Shown: one piece after another, positions 39,607 through 51,170 of the stretch
Position numbering within the stretch: position 1 is the stretch's first letter
Layout: the number at the start of each line of letters is the position of its first letter
Source of the DNA: Lama guanicoe
Lineage: Eukaryota
Assembly: GCA_013239625.1 (NCBI GenBank)
Contig: MU053444.1
Coordinates: 327,822-391,821, forward strand
Direction: 5' to 3'
Length of the DNA stretch: 64,000 bases
Translations under genes and position numbers: made by a program
Notes under the pieces: generated by a model
The model's database searches: none
What the model was told of the DNA's origin: nothing
Seen by the model: only the letters and a program-made list of their open reading frames with translations

Positions 39607-40607
39607 CAAACATACATTGAAAGTACCCATTTGGTATATTAAATGACCTGCTTCCACTCGTCTTCCTGACATTTTCTTCTCTTGACATCTCCTGCTATGT
39701 TTATGAAAACCCTCTCATGTGGACACATTTGCATCTCTAGCCACTACCCTTCCAGGTAAGAACTGATGCCAAGAAGCCAATGGAAGTTGCTAGAATGTAT
39801 TACCTGGCCAGAAAAGAGCAGAAGTGGTTACTGGCTGATGTTCAGGAGCAGGCTTGGGCACCTGACAAGATGCCATATGTACAGATAGACAGCTGGGCAC
39901 CAAAGGAGAAGCTTCTAAGCCTCCATGAGGGACTTATTGGATAGGAAGGAAAAGTCCCAGCCTATAGCTCTGATCCCACCACGAGCTTCCTCAGCGAGGG
40001 TGGACAAGCCACTTAAATTCTCTAGGCCCGTGCTGTCCACCATGGGAGCCACCAGCCACATGCAGTATTATAAAGTTATTCTGTAGCCAGACAGATTTAT
40101 AAATACACATTTTATTGCAAAGGTTCAGCAAGTATAATATTTAAAAACATTATTGGCTATCTTGCCCTAATGAGTTATTTTTGTATGTCTAGATTTATGT
40201 GGTTTGCAATGCCTGCGACTAATGATTCCCTTACAGTGAGTTATTTTGAAATTATAAGTTACTGGACAAAGTACCCTCATATCACACTTGAAAAAAATTG
40301 ATCCACATAAGCAAGTTGATCTGACTTAGTAGTTATGAGCAGGGGCTCTGGGGTCAGCCTGCCTGGGTATAAATTCTCACTCTGCCTCCAGGGGGTTCTG
40401 TGTGAATCTTGGAAAAATTAATTATTTTTTTTTGTTGTTGTTGTTATTTGTGCCTCTTTTTCCTTCCCTTTTAAATAGCGAGGAATATGTAGACTCTATC
40501 TCGTACCGTGTTGCCAGGATTAAATGAGTAAATGTCTGTGCTGCCCACTTCCCTGGGTTTCAGCATTCTCCAGGCAGTCAGTGTCAAACTCAAGAGACAT
40601 TCTCCAC

Positions 40608-40935
40608 TGTCTTCATCAGTCTGGGATGCTGTAACAAATTACCATGGGTCGGGTGGCTTAAACAACCAGCATGTTCCTTAACTTTTGGAGGCTGAGTTCA
40701 ATGTATCTGGGAGTGGATAGCCTTCATGTCTCGAAGATGGCTGTCTTCCCACTATCTTCATAGGCCAGAGAGCAGAGAGAAGCAAGCAATCTGGGGCCCT
40801 TTATAACAGCACTAATCCCATTCATGAGGGCTCTACACTCATGACCTCATTTTATCCTAGTAATCACCTCCCAAAGGCCCCGCCTCCCAATACCATCACC
40901 CTGGGAGATGGGGTTTTGACATACGGATTTTGACT
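40608..40935 (-). mobile_element. MaLR LTR (MLT1A-like)
   Basis: ctgtaacaaattaccatgggtcgggtggcttaaacaac ... gcactaatcccattcatgagggctc ... atcacctcccaaaggcccc. Strand follows the usual consensus orientation and is uncertain. Confidence 0.75.
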
Positions 40936-41131
40936 GAATCATTAAAAGATAAAATGAATCTTATATAACATAATGAACAATCAGGACATCATGAAAAAGA
41001 AAACAGATCAATTTTTTAAAGAACTAAGCAGAACTTATGGAAACAAAATACACATATCAGTTGGTATATAAAATTCAATGTCTGGGTTAAGTAACATTTT
41101 AATCTTCAATATCTAGGGTGTTCATTAAAAT

Positions 41132-41374
41132 NNNNNNNNNNNNNNNNNNNNNNNNNNNNNNNNNNNNNNNNNNNNNNNNNNNNNNNNNNNNNNNNNNNNN
41201 NNNNNNNNNNNNNNNNNNNNNNNNNNNNNNNNNNNNNNNNNNNNNNNNNNNNNNNNNNNNNNNNNNNNNNNNNNNNNNNNNNNNNNNNNNNNNNNNNNNN
41301 NNNNNNNNNNNNNNNNNNNNNNNNNNNNNNNNNNNNNNNNNNNNNNNNNNNNNNNNNNNNNNNNNNNNNNNNNN
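41132..41374. other. Assembly gap (N run); further gaps at 25963-25977 and 63202-63221
   Basis: Runs of n in the sequence. Confidence 0.99.
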
Positions 41375-42084
41375 TCTCTAGACGCTCTTAACCATGACTG
41401 CAAGGGATATAACTGGCAGGAGAAAAGCAGAGCAAAGCAAATAGAAATCACAAAACAAGAGGCCAGAAATAAAACATCATCACTAATCACAATGTATTTA
41501 GATGAAATAAGTAATGAGCTTAAAGATTTACAGATTTCATTGGTTTACCTGAGACATGCAGAATTAAAACTTAAAACTGGTTGAAAGCTTAGAAGAATAA
41601 CAGAAAGAAGTCAAAAGTTAGAGCCAGAAAAAGAGACACCTGAGAAATACTAATCAATGGAAAGGGAATCACTCAAGCCTCCCTCAGGTTCATAGGTACC
41701 TGAAACCCACCTTGGCCTGACAATTACCTGCTCTGTGCCTGAGTGAAACACTCAATCCCCCGGAATCTTCGTTCACTCACCTGTGAATGTAAGCAATGGT
41801 CCCTCCTTCCATCCGGCCAATTTGTATTGACTGCTGTGCCACGGGTACTGGTCAAGCCACCTGAGGTCCGTCAGTGAACAAATAAGGATCCTTGTCCCTG
41901 TAGGACTGAGGAGGAGCAGAACATAAACTACAGTCGTGACAGTCATGTGAAATATATGGTATTCTAGAAGGTGATAGAAATAGTATGATCAGGGAGAGGG
42001 GGTTTCTGGGGCAGAGACAAGGGGAAGGCAGTTTCCAGTTAAAAATGTGATGGCCAGAGCTGGCCTCACAGAGGACCTTGAGAA

Positions 42085-42480
42085 GGGGGTGTTTGTTGCT
42101 GAGCTTCCTCTAACACAGCACCGCACACTGGGTGATGTGAACCATAGAGGCTCACTGTCTCACAGCCCTGGGGGCGGGGAGTCTGCAGGCAGGGTGTCAG
42201 CAGAGCTGGTTCCTCCCGAGGGCTGGGAGGGAAAGGCTGGTCCAGGCCTCTCTCCTTGGCTTGGAGACGACCGTCTTCTCTCCACATCTCATGACGTCAT
42301 CTCCCATGTACACATGTCTCTGTGTCCACATTGCCCCTTTTTATCAGGACACAAGTCATACTGGATTAGGGCCCACCGTAATGACCTCTTCTAAACTAAT
42401 GACATCTGCAACAACGCTATTACCAAATGGGGTCATGTTCTGTAGTCCTGGCGGTTAGGACTTCAGCATATGAGTTGAAC
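42085..42480 (-). mobile_element. MaLR LTR (MLT1B/C-like)
   Basis: gtctgcaggcagggtgtcagcagagctggttcctcccgagg ... ggacacaagtcatactggattagggcccacc ... ggttaggacttcagcatatga. Confidence 0.75.
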
Positions 42481-42719
42481 AGAGACTGGCCAGGACAACA
42501 GGCCTGTGGGTGCATGTCTGATGTTCCCAAGGGCCAGCAGGGAGGCCAGTGTGCCTGGAGTGGAGTGAGCCAGGGAGAAAACCGGAGATGAGCTCAGCTT
42601 GGGGAGGGGGAGGAAACCTGTAAGGTCACCATAAGGACTCTCGCTTCTTCACTCAGTGAAATAAGAAGCCATTGCAGGATTTTGAACAGAGAAGATCACA
42701 CCCAGGGTCTCAATCATGC

Positions 42720-43332
42720 CTGACTTAGGCGATGAGGATGAAAATATTAGGCTATTGAGCTGATAATAGTTAGACTACATGTTGGACTTTGAGTTGATGG
42801 TGTAGTAAATGAGGCTGTGGAGGGTGTTTAGATGAGGTGGATGCATTTTGCATGTGGGATGGACAAGAACCAGTGGGGCCAAAGGAAGAACTTGGTAGAA
42901 TAATGTCTCCCAATATGTCCACAGTCTGATCCCTAGAACCTGGGAATGTCACTGTGCATGGCAAAAGGGACTCTGCAGGTGTGAATGTCAAGGACCTTGG
43001 GATGGCAGGTCACTGTGGGAAAGCAAACGTCATCACGGAGGTCCTTAGAGGAGAGAGGCAGATTGGTCAGAGACAGAGATGTGAAGTGGCAGCAGAAGTC
43101 ACAGTGACACAGGGCCCTGAGCCAAGGAGTGTGAGCACCTCTGCAAGCTGGGAAAGGTATGAGATGAATCCAAGAGCCTTGGTGTGGAATGTAGCCTTGG
43201 CCACACATTGGTTTTAGCCCACTGACATTGACTTTGCACTTCTGCACCCTACAACAGTGAGACAATGGATGTGTGCTACTTTAAGCTACTGAGTCTGTGG
43301 TCCTTTGTTACAACAGCAATAGGAAAGGAACT
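42720..43332 (+). mobile_element. MaLR (MLT1D/E-like) internal end plus LTR
   Basis: gtccacagtctgatccctagaacctg...catggcaaaagggactctgcaggtgtg ... tttgttacaacagcaataggaa. Confidence 0.72.
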
Positions 43333-43589
43333 CAGGAACCAACATGAACATGAACCACTGGCTGCCTGCTGTGCTGGCAGGAAGTCCTTTGTCTCTGATC
43401 CTGGGGAAGTGTCCTGTCTTCTGGCAGCATCCACAAAGTGCCTCGGTGGTCAAATCTTAACCCTGCACAGTTCTTGATATTTAGTTAATAAAAAAGATGG
43501 TGTCATCGTGGGTATTTTTCCATCTTTTAAACACACTTCAGTCTTCTAATTGAGAAGCCGTGTAAATAGTTTTCAATCTTAATAATAAA

Positions 43590-45132
43590 TAACTGTGGTT
43601 TTATTTGGTTACTTAAATTATGAATAATAATATTCACATTAGTAAAAGTTATTAAAATCAACATTCTTCAATGAAAATATCAAGTTTCTTTTTGCATGAA
43701 CATGTATTAACTGCAAGAAATGTTCCATGCTTTGTTCTACGCTTTAGTGTTAGGGTCTTAAAGAATAATATTTTCCTCAAAAGATATTATAGTGAGGGGA
43801 TTTCTTTTGGTGGTACAATTCCTATGTAAAACCTGGTGCATGGCTCAGGCCACTGGGAACCTAGAGATGATAGAAATAAGGAGACATTATAAACACAGAA
43901 CGACTTTTAAAGGAATTAAAAACCTGGATGTGTGAAAACAAAGAATCAGAGAATATTCTGGTGAAATAAAAGTATTTTTCAGCTTAAGCAAGACACTGGG
44001 TGAATAAATCTAAAATGAAAAAAACACCCAGAGATTAGCAGCTAGTCATGCATGCAGTGTGACTGATCAAAACCAAGTTGTTTCCAAACCAGTGCGCAGG
44101 CTTGATGCCTTCATGAGTCAAGTCTGTGTGGCACCAGGCCACCTTGAATGCATGTTGATGAGGTATTTATAAGCTCTTCAACATCCCAGCTCAAAGCCCA
44201 CACACGAGCCACACGACCATCGTCTACACGTCTGCAAAACACACATCATGGTGAATAGCACTTTTCTTGCTCAATAGCCAGTGGCAGGACACTGTGAGCA
44301 GACAGAGATACAGGGACACAGGGACACAGAGGCATCTCCCCTCACTCAGCTGATAACCTTCCATGCATTCCTGGGGACAGGATTGTCATAAAATGCACCA
44401 TATATTGATCCCCCTCTTTGGAATGAAACGACAGGATTGTCCTCAGGTTTGATCAAGGGTGGCCGGGGGAATCTCAGAAGAGCTGTTTCAGCACAACCAA
44501 TAGAAATGATGGCTACCATGACCATGAGAGACGTCCCCTGCCATCTCGGTAGGCACTTGGGCTCCTGACAAAATCTGGGCTCAGTAAAGGTTTGAGTAGA
44601 AGGCACAGACCTGAGGGATGCCCCAGCAATATGCAGGAGGTAGGGCCTGGTTTATACTGCACTGGGTGTATCACAGCCGCATCCAAATATGAAATCAGAA
44701 ATTTGCAAAACAGCAGAGATGGGATGGATCACCTACTCCAGACTCCTCTACTTACAGTTAAAAGGGTGGCAGCCCTGAGAGTCAAAGCAACGTGCTAAAG
44801 GCAGAGCGTGCAAGTGGCAGTGCCAGGTGAAATGCACCGTGCCAACCCCCATTCAAGGCCACTCACACTGAGTATGGGGCCAAGGTTTCCAACTAGGAAA
44901 ATGAGACAGTGTAAATACTTTGTTCCCCCCCAAACCCCAAATGTTTTTTAAAGGCACAAAAACTCACTTTAACTAGCTCTCTTCTGAGGGGGCGCTCTTC
45001 TGTCTCCATCTTTCTGTCTGTCTCCATTTCTCTCTCTCAGACACAAACACATACAATTTTGTGAAAGGGGAATTCCTGCCATACAACGACAGACTTCACA
45101 TCTTCAGAAAGACACTTGACAAAGCAAGTTTC
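43590..45132 (-). other. Probable MRAP2 3'UTR copy with candidate polyadenylation signal
   Basis: Directly follows the MRAP2 stop and contains a GA-rich tract soon after it. AATAAA on the minus strand at 43605-43600 in an AT-rich context. The exact 3' end is inferred. Confidence 0.5.
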
Positions 45133-45522
45133 TCAATTCAAGTGTTTGTGTGAGGTCTGAGCAACTTGCTTATCTTCTAAAACAATTGGTGGTTCCAAAA
45201 TCAGGAGATCATCTTCCTCAAAGGAAGAGTTCTGGTCCGTGTTGATGAAGTTGGGGATGTCACATTTCATGAGCCTGTTTGGCTCCTCCTCTGGCCACCT
45301 GCTGCATCTGATGGCTTCCTGGAGCCGAATATCACTGTCAAGGGTAACGTTTGAGATACCAGCTTTGGCCTTGTCCAAGTGGTCCACTTCATTGACATAG
45401 CAGTGAAAGAGGGACCTAGATTCGTCATTGCACTGCCAGAGAACACCTTGGGCACCAGCGGTCTTCCAAAGTCTGACACAAAGCTGTTCAATCTGAATCT
45501 CTTCTCGGGAGACTCTGCATTG
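45133..45522 (-). pseudogene. MRAP2: MRAP2 terminal coding exon copy, frameshifted (partial unprocessed pseudogene)
   Basis: Acceptor ttttggttttctttatAG, then NAESPEKRFRLNSFVSDFGRPLVPKVFS, a 1-nt deletion near 45437, then QCNDESRSLFHCYVNEVDHLDKAKA...MKCDIPNFINTDQNSSFEEDDLLILEPPIVLEDKQVAQTSHKHLN*. This matches the human MRAP2 C-terminus (DNAESSEKRFRMNSFVSDFGRPLEPDKVFSRQGNEESRSLFHCYINEV...SHKDLD). The transmembrane exon was not found. Confidence 0.92.
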
Positions 45523-47299
45523 CTATAAAGAAAACCAAAATAAAGATCGCTCACACTCTAGCTCGGTGACCTGAAGGATAATAGTTTTTGCCATCTACTG
45601 AGTGCAAGTCCCTGCACAGAGCATGCTTACAAGCACTGGAAGTGAGAGACATCACTTCTGAACACATACAATTAAACCCAAGGCAAAAGTCTCAAGTGAG
45701 GGCCCTTGGACATCCTGAAAAGACATTTTTCCCTGAGAATCCTCAATATTGCTGTATCATACAACACTGTTTCTCAATGGGACACTCAGATCATCTTCAT
45801 CAGAATTAGTTAAAGTGCATCTTAAAATGCAGAATTCTGGGGTACAGACACTCAGCGTCTCCAGAGGTAGGGACCGGTAGTCTGTATTTTCAGATCCACC
45901 AAGATCACTAAACATGCTCAGGTTTAACGCTGCCGTCTACATCGGGTCACCTGAGCATCGACAATGCTGTCTCACGGGGTGGGGGGGTATCATGTGCGTC
46001 AGGGTGCTGTCCTACCCACGAGACTCCCCTGATTCTCAGAACTGACAGTGCTGCCCCATTGGGCAAGAAATACCACCATTTCACAATGCATACGCAGGGC
46101 GCCCGACTGACAGATACAATCAGTGATAGGAGAGGGGACAAAACTCAGGTTCATCCTCCCTTGTTTCACTTACTATGGGACAAATGATCAATTCAAGGGT
46201 AATAAATCAGTGAACGAGTGAATAACATGACTGTCGTTAGTCCCACGATTGCCTAGAAGAGCGAGCCTGGGCACACTGAGAACCATAACAGCCCATCTAC
46301 TTAATTGCCATCCTTCCCAGATTTGTGTAAAGGTTACTTCCACCCAGGCAGTGACTCCTGAAGGGCAAGAATCATGCCTGAACACACTCTCAAATCCAGA
46401 ACAGAACCTGACAACAATTAGGCTCTGGAGTCTGTGTTTAGAGAGTGTGTAATCTCAGTGATTCCAGCTCTTACACCTTGCCTTCCCATCCCACCCCTCA
46501 CGATATGGCCCTTATCACCAGTTCTCCCGGGGCTGGGGCCACGGAACCCATTTACAGGACTGGAAGAATCTGATCATGTAAACCATCCCCCAGAATATCA
46601 TCAAGAGTCACCTGCATTTCAGGGATCAATAATCCCAGAAGATTTGCAGTTCAGGCAGCTGAGGGATGTTTATATCAGCTCTGTCTTCTACTGTGACTGC
46701 CTGGGTGACATCAGACAAGGAATCCTCAAAAGCCTGAGCTTTTCCTTTCAGCAATAATCTGCTTAACAAATCTCATTGACCATTTAACAAGTGTGATGTG
46801 AAGATCAATGATTTACACAGGAGTACAATATTCACTAGGTCGTGGATTTTGAATTGGGGAAAAATCATTTGAGAAAGATTGACAGAATGTAGCTTTAAAG
46901 CAAATTTAAGTATTCTTAGCTTTCAGTAAATCATCTTCTTCCCCTACTTATCACTTCACCCAAGTTTAAAATATGTTTGAAAACAGGGATGGGTGTGCCA
47001 GCAATCTGTGACCCAATAACCTAAAATGTCACCTAGGAAATAGAGGGGAGTAACACATTTTTAAAAAATATGGTGAGGACAGCGGGGCCATCCCTCAGCT
47101 CCACACTAACAAGCTCTGAGTAATAGCTTTCCTGCCTGCCTTGGGCATCAGCTGATGTGAAAACCCACCTAGAAATCACTATCCAGCAGCTCTTCCGTAA
47201 CACAGGCTACACTTTCTCAAGATTAAGAATTGGGTCAAGTAATCCCTTCGCTGAAGAACAAAGACAAAGGAGAACAAGAGAGTTCTTCGCCTCCCCAGG

Positions 47300-49420
47300 G
47301 GTGAGCCCAGAACTTGGGCTGCATGAACAGCGCCCACCTCCCAGGAGAAGGATAAACTGGAGAAGGACGTCCTGCGAAACTAGGGAAGCAATGGTAGAGA
47401 TGGGAACAAATAAACCAGCTGGCCTGGGACAGCCCCCTCCATCGCTGCCTTGGGGGCTGCCTCCGCCCCCTCAGCACATCCTGCCCACCTCAGGTGGCTA
47501 AGCTGTCAGGGAAACTATGCTTTGCGACCTGGGGCAACAGAAGCTGCCCCCAGGCCAAGCTGCTGGGGAGATGGGAGCTAAACCACTACCTCCCAAGTGG
47601 CAGGCTCCATAAACTCGCCATCACCCCGCCGCCCCCCCACCTTAACGCACCCCCGGGGCAATATGACCCTGAGAAGTGTGACCTGGGAATGAGGGGCAGC
47701 AGAGGCCTTCCCCAAGTCAGGCCTCCAGAGAGATGGGAGGTTTTCCTCCAGCTCGCAATAGGCAGCACCCCTCTCCTCTCCACCCCCTGATCTCACCACG
47801 CCCACCTCCCAGGAGCAACCTGACCTGGTGTGGTGTGTCAGGCGAATCTTGGGCAGGAGAGGCCGTCCCTAGGCCAGGTCATAGGAAAGGAGAAGAAGTG
47901 GCCCCATTAGGCAGCTGCGAAGTCCGGCTGCCCCTGCCCCTCGACCTCATCGCATCCGCCTCCCAGGAGCAAGCTTACCTGGAGACAGGCATCCGGCTTC
48001 TTGGGAAGCAGAGGACGCCCCCAGGATTGGCCGCGGGGAAGAGGGGAGCAAATTGACAAGCTCCGCGCCGCAGGTCCTCTACCCACGCCGTCGCCACCCT
48101 CTCACCTTAAAGGCATGCCCAGGGCGCCCCTCCCCAGCAGGCTGAATGGGACAGGTGTGTCTGGTGATCTGGGGCAGGAGAGGCCACTCCCACACCAGGC
48201 CATCGGGGAGATGGTAGCCAATCCACCAACTCCCCAAGGCATCCCCATCCCCCCGCAGCAGCCACCGCTCCTGCCCCCTGACCTCACGGTGTCCTCCTCT
48301 AGGGAGCAGGCTGACTTGGAAATGGACGTCCGGCGAACTTGGGGCAACAGGGAACGCCCCCAGGACAAACCATGAGGGGAAATGGGAGCAAATGGACCAG
48401 CTTCATGGGAAAGCCAGCCGCTGCTGCCACCACCCCCAACGTACCACGCCCGCCTCCCGGGGTCAAGCCGACTAGGATACACGTGTCCCGTAACCCAGGG
48501 CAACAGAGACCTCCCCCAGGACATGCCGCGGGGAAGATGGATGCAAATGGGCCCGCTTCCCCGCTGCAGGCCCCCGACCCCCGCCACCGCTGCACCCTTA
48601 CTACCTTGCCTCCCGCCCCCAGTTGACTAAGTGAGACAGGGGTGTCCCGGAACCTGGGGCAGCAGAGGCCGCCTGCGGGCCATGTGGTGCAGACATGGAG
48701 CTAATCCACAAGCTACCCCGGGGCAGCCTCCTTAAACCCGCAGCCACCAACTTACCAGCTCCCTGACCACACCGCACACATCTCCCAGGAGCAAGCTCAC
48801 CTGGAGTGGGACCTCAGGCAAATCTCCGGAGGCAGAGGTCGCCCCCAGGCCAGGCCGCGGGGGAGAGAAGTAATGAAGCAGCTGCCTGGAACAGCCCCCC
48901 TCCCCCTGGAGCCGCCGCCGCTGCCTCCCAGGAGCAAGCTCACCTGGAGACCTGCGTCCCGCCTCTAGGGCAGTGGAGGCCGCTCCTAGGCTCCACCTCA
49001 GGGGAGAGCGGAGCAAATTGACCGGCTCCCCCGCGGCAGCCCCCTACCCCCGTGGGCCCCGCACCTTAACGACACCGCCTCCACTCCCCACTCAGCAAGC
49101 TGAATGGGACAGGTGTGTCCGGCGACCTGGGGCAGCAGAGGCCGCTCCCAGGCCCGGCAGCCGGGTTCCACTAATTCGCCAGGGGCAGCCCCGTTCCGCC
49201 CCTCTGCCGCTGCCGCCGCCCACTGACCAAACCGCCCCACCTCCCAGGAGCAAGATTCCCAACATCTGAAAATCTCTGGTGGCAAAGGCCCCCCCAGTCC
49301 AGGCTGCAGGGAAAACAAGAAATCGACGGGCTTGCCCGGGCAGCCTCCCACCCCCCGCCGCCGCCGCCGCCATCACAAACCATTGCACTAGCCTCCCGGG
49401 GTCAGGCTGATTGCAAGGAT
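47300..49420. repeat. Degenerate GC-rich tandem array, ~160-bp monomer, ~12-13 copies, with ~950-bp higher-order period
   Basis: The motif (a/g)cctggggcagcagaggccgc(c/t)cccagg recurs every ~142-170 bp (~47527, 47690, 47848, 48000, 48168, 48338, 48494, 48652, 48822, 48964, 49125, 49272). The 21-mer gctgaatgggacaggtgtgtc is exact at 48141 and 49099. Confidence 0.85.
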
Positions 49421-49600
49421 GTGCACCTGCCTGAGCACCTCCCTGCACCCCTACACTCCCTGTACCTCTGCACCCCTGCCACTCTCTGCACTGCCTGCAC
49501 CCCTGCAACCCCTGAACTGCCGGCACCCCCCCCAAAGCCCCTGCACCCCTGCCACCACTTACACATTTGCACTGTGTACACTCCTGCACCCCTGCATGTC
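49421..49600. repeat. Low-complexity (CCCCTGCA)n-like minisatellite closing the array
   Basis: Repeated ccctgcacccc / ctctgcac units of about 8-9 nt. Confidence 0.75.
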
Positions 49601-50204
49601 CCACACACCACCTCTTGGGCCTGTGGCACAGTCTCTGCTGTTAGACCAATGCAAAGGGACTCACATCTTTGCCAGTATATGATGCATCAGTAGACGTCTG
49701 GGGTTGGCTGCAGGAAGGTACATGTTCCCGGTCACTAGCCTGGGCCACTAGGGTGATCTCTGTGAGGTCACCCAGGACGGGCTCATAGATGCTGTTCTCT
49801 GGGAAGAGAGGAGTTGAAACCGGTCTTGAGGGCAGAGCTGTGCTCACCAGGCCGTCCACGCTTCATGTTTTACACAGGGCTTCAGAGAAGTGAAATGGAT
49901 CCGGCCAAGTAAGACCGGCCTGCTGTGCGCCCACCTCAGTCCTGGGCTCTGAGGCAGGCTGACTGGCTCCCACCGTCAGGACCCAGTTTGGGCACCTGAA
50001 TTGTCCCGTGGAGGCACCCTATCACTTCTCAGGAAGAAGTCTGGCTGCTTCCACCCCATGGCCCTCCCTCCCATTGTGCTGGCCTCAGGAAGGTTCCTTA
50101 TTTGGGGAAGAAGGCAGCTCACCCCCTACCTCACCCCTCACCTTTCTCTAACCTAGGCTGGTGCTTTCTCTGCACTTCAGAGTCTGGAAAGCCATTCCTC
50201 TTCA

Positions 50205-51170
50205 GTTATGTCCCTTCTGAGATGGACTTGCTTCCACTCAATTCTAGGCGAGGATGCACCATGGAATGCACTGGGTAAGAGAACCAAAATAAATAGTTTC
50301 TTCTGTGAGGTTTTCTGTTTATCTACTGGGGCTGGGCTGTGTGTAGTTTGCTACAGCTATTCATGCGAGAGGCTAAAGCCGCCTGTGTGTCCTTGTTCTC
50401 ATCTCCCCGCTGTCTTTGGGTTTTCCCTAGACACTCCTGAGACATTTACTTCTTTAATTTTATTCCTGTCATTATACAGGGGCCCTACTGACATGGAGGT
50501 AAGGTGCTGGGGGAGCGGGACAGATTAGGGCATCTGTAGTCCTGTGATTAGTTCTCATTGAGCCTGTGCCCTGAGCTGTGACCTCCACAAGTGTGTCTCT
50601 TTCCCCCCACCCCAATTTGGGTGACACAGAAGGGATTTCCCTTCCCCCAGGTAGGTTAGGCTCTGGTAAAATAATTTCTCATTAAAAACAAAACAAAACA
50701 AAACACAACCCCCCACAATGGAAGAGAATATTCTGGGTGTATTTCAATAGAGCTGTTTTTTCCTTTCCTGGTAGGAAGCATGAGGAGTTTTCCTATGATC
50801 TTCACTCTGAGAACAGGGTACGGTCCTGCAGGTAAAATGCATGAAAAAGAGCAGGGGGCCCCTCTGACTGACCCCCTGGAGTTGTCACACTCAGACTTCC
50901 CCACACTGAGCCTCCAGCTGGCCTCAGGGACCTGTTAAATCTGCCTGCCCCCGGGGTTCTTACAAAAGCGGGTCCTTCCCTGGGAGCTGTGACTCTCCAA
51001 GCCTGCCCGGCTGCCTCTCTGGGTTGGGAGCAGTTTCCACCTCAGTTTCCTTGTGGGTCTAAGAAGAGCAGTGGGTTTTCAGCTCTCTCAGCTCTGGTAT
51101 TTTTTTCAGGACAGAAGGAGCAACTTCTGAGCTCCTCAAATGCTGGACCAGAGGCTAGAAGCCTCCCCTC
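50205..51170 (-). mobile_element. Old LINE-1 5' region (L1M-type), antisense
   Basis: Motifs typical of ancient L1M 5' ends (ctactggggctgggctgtgtgtagtttgct; ccttccctgggagctgtgactct; aagaagagcagtgggttttcagct). Family assignment from memory. Confidence 0.5.

Noticed and set aside
41118..41490. ORFs spanning X residues
   Set aside because: Artefacts of the N gap.
47157..49693. Many 70-170-aa ORFs in all frames
   Set aside because: By-products of the GC-rich tandem array; monomer lengths vary and do not keep a frame.
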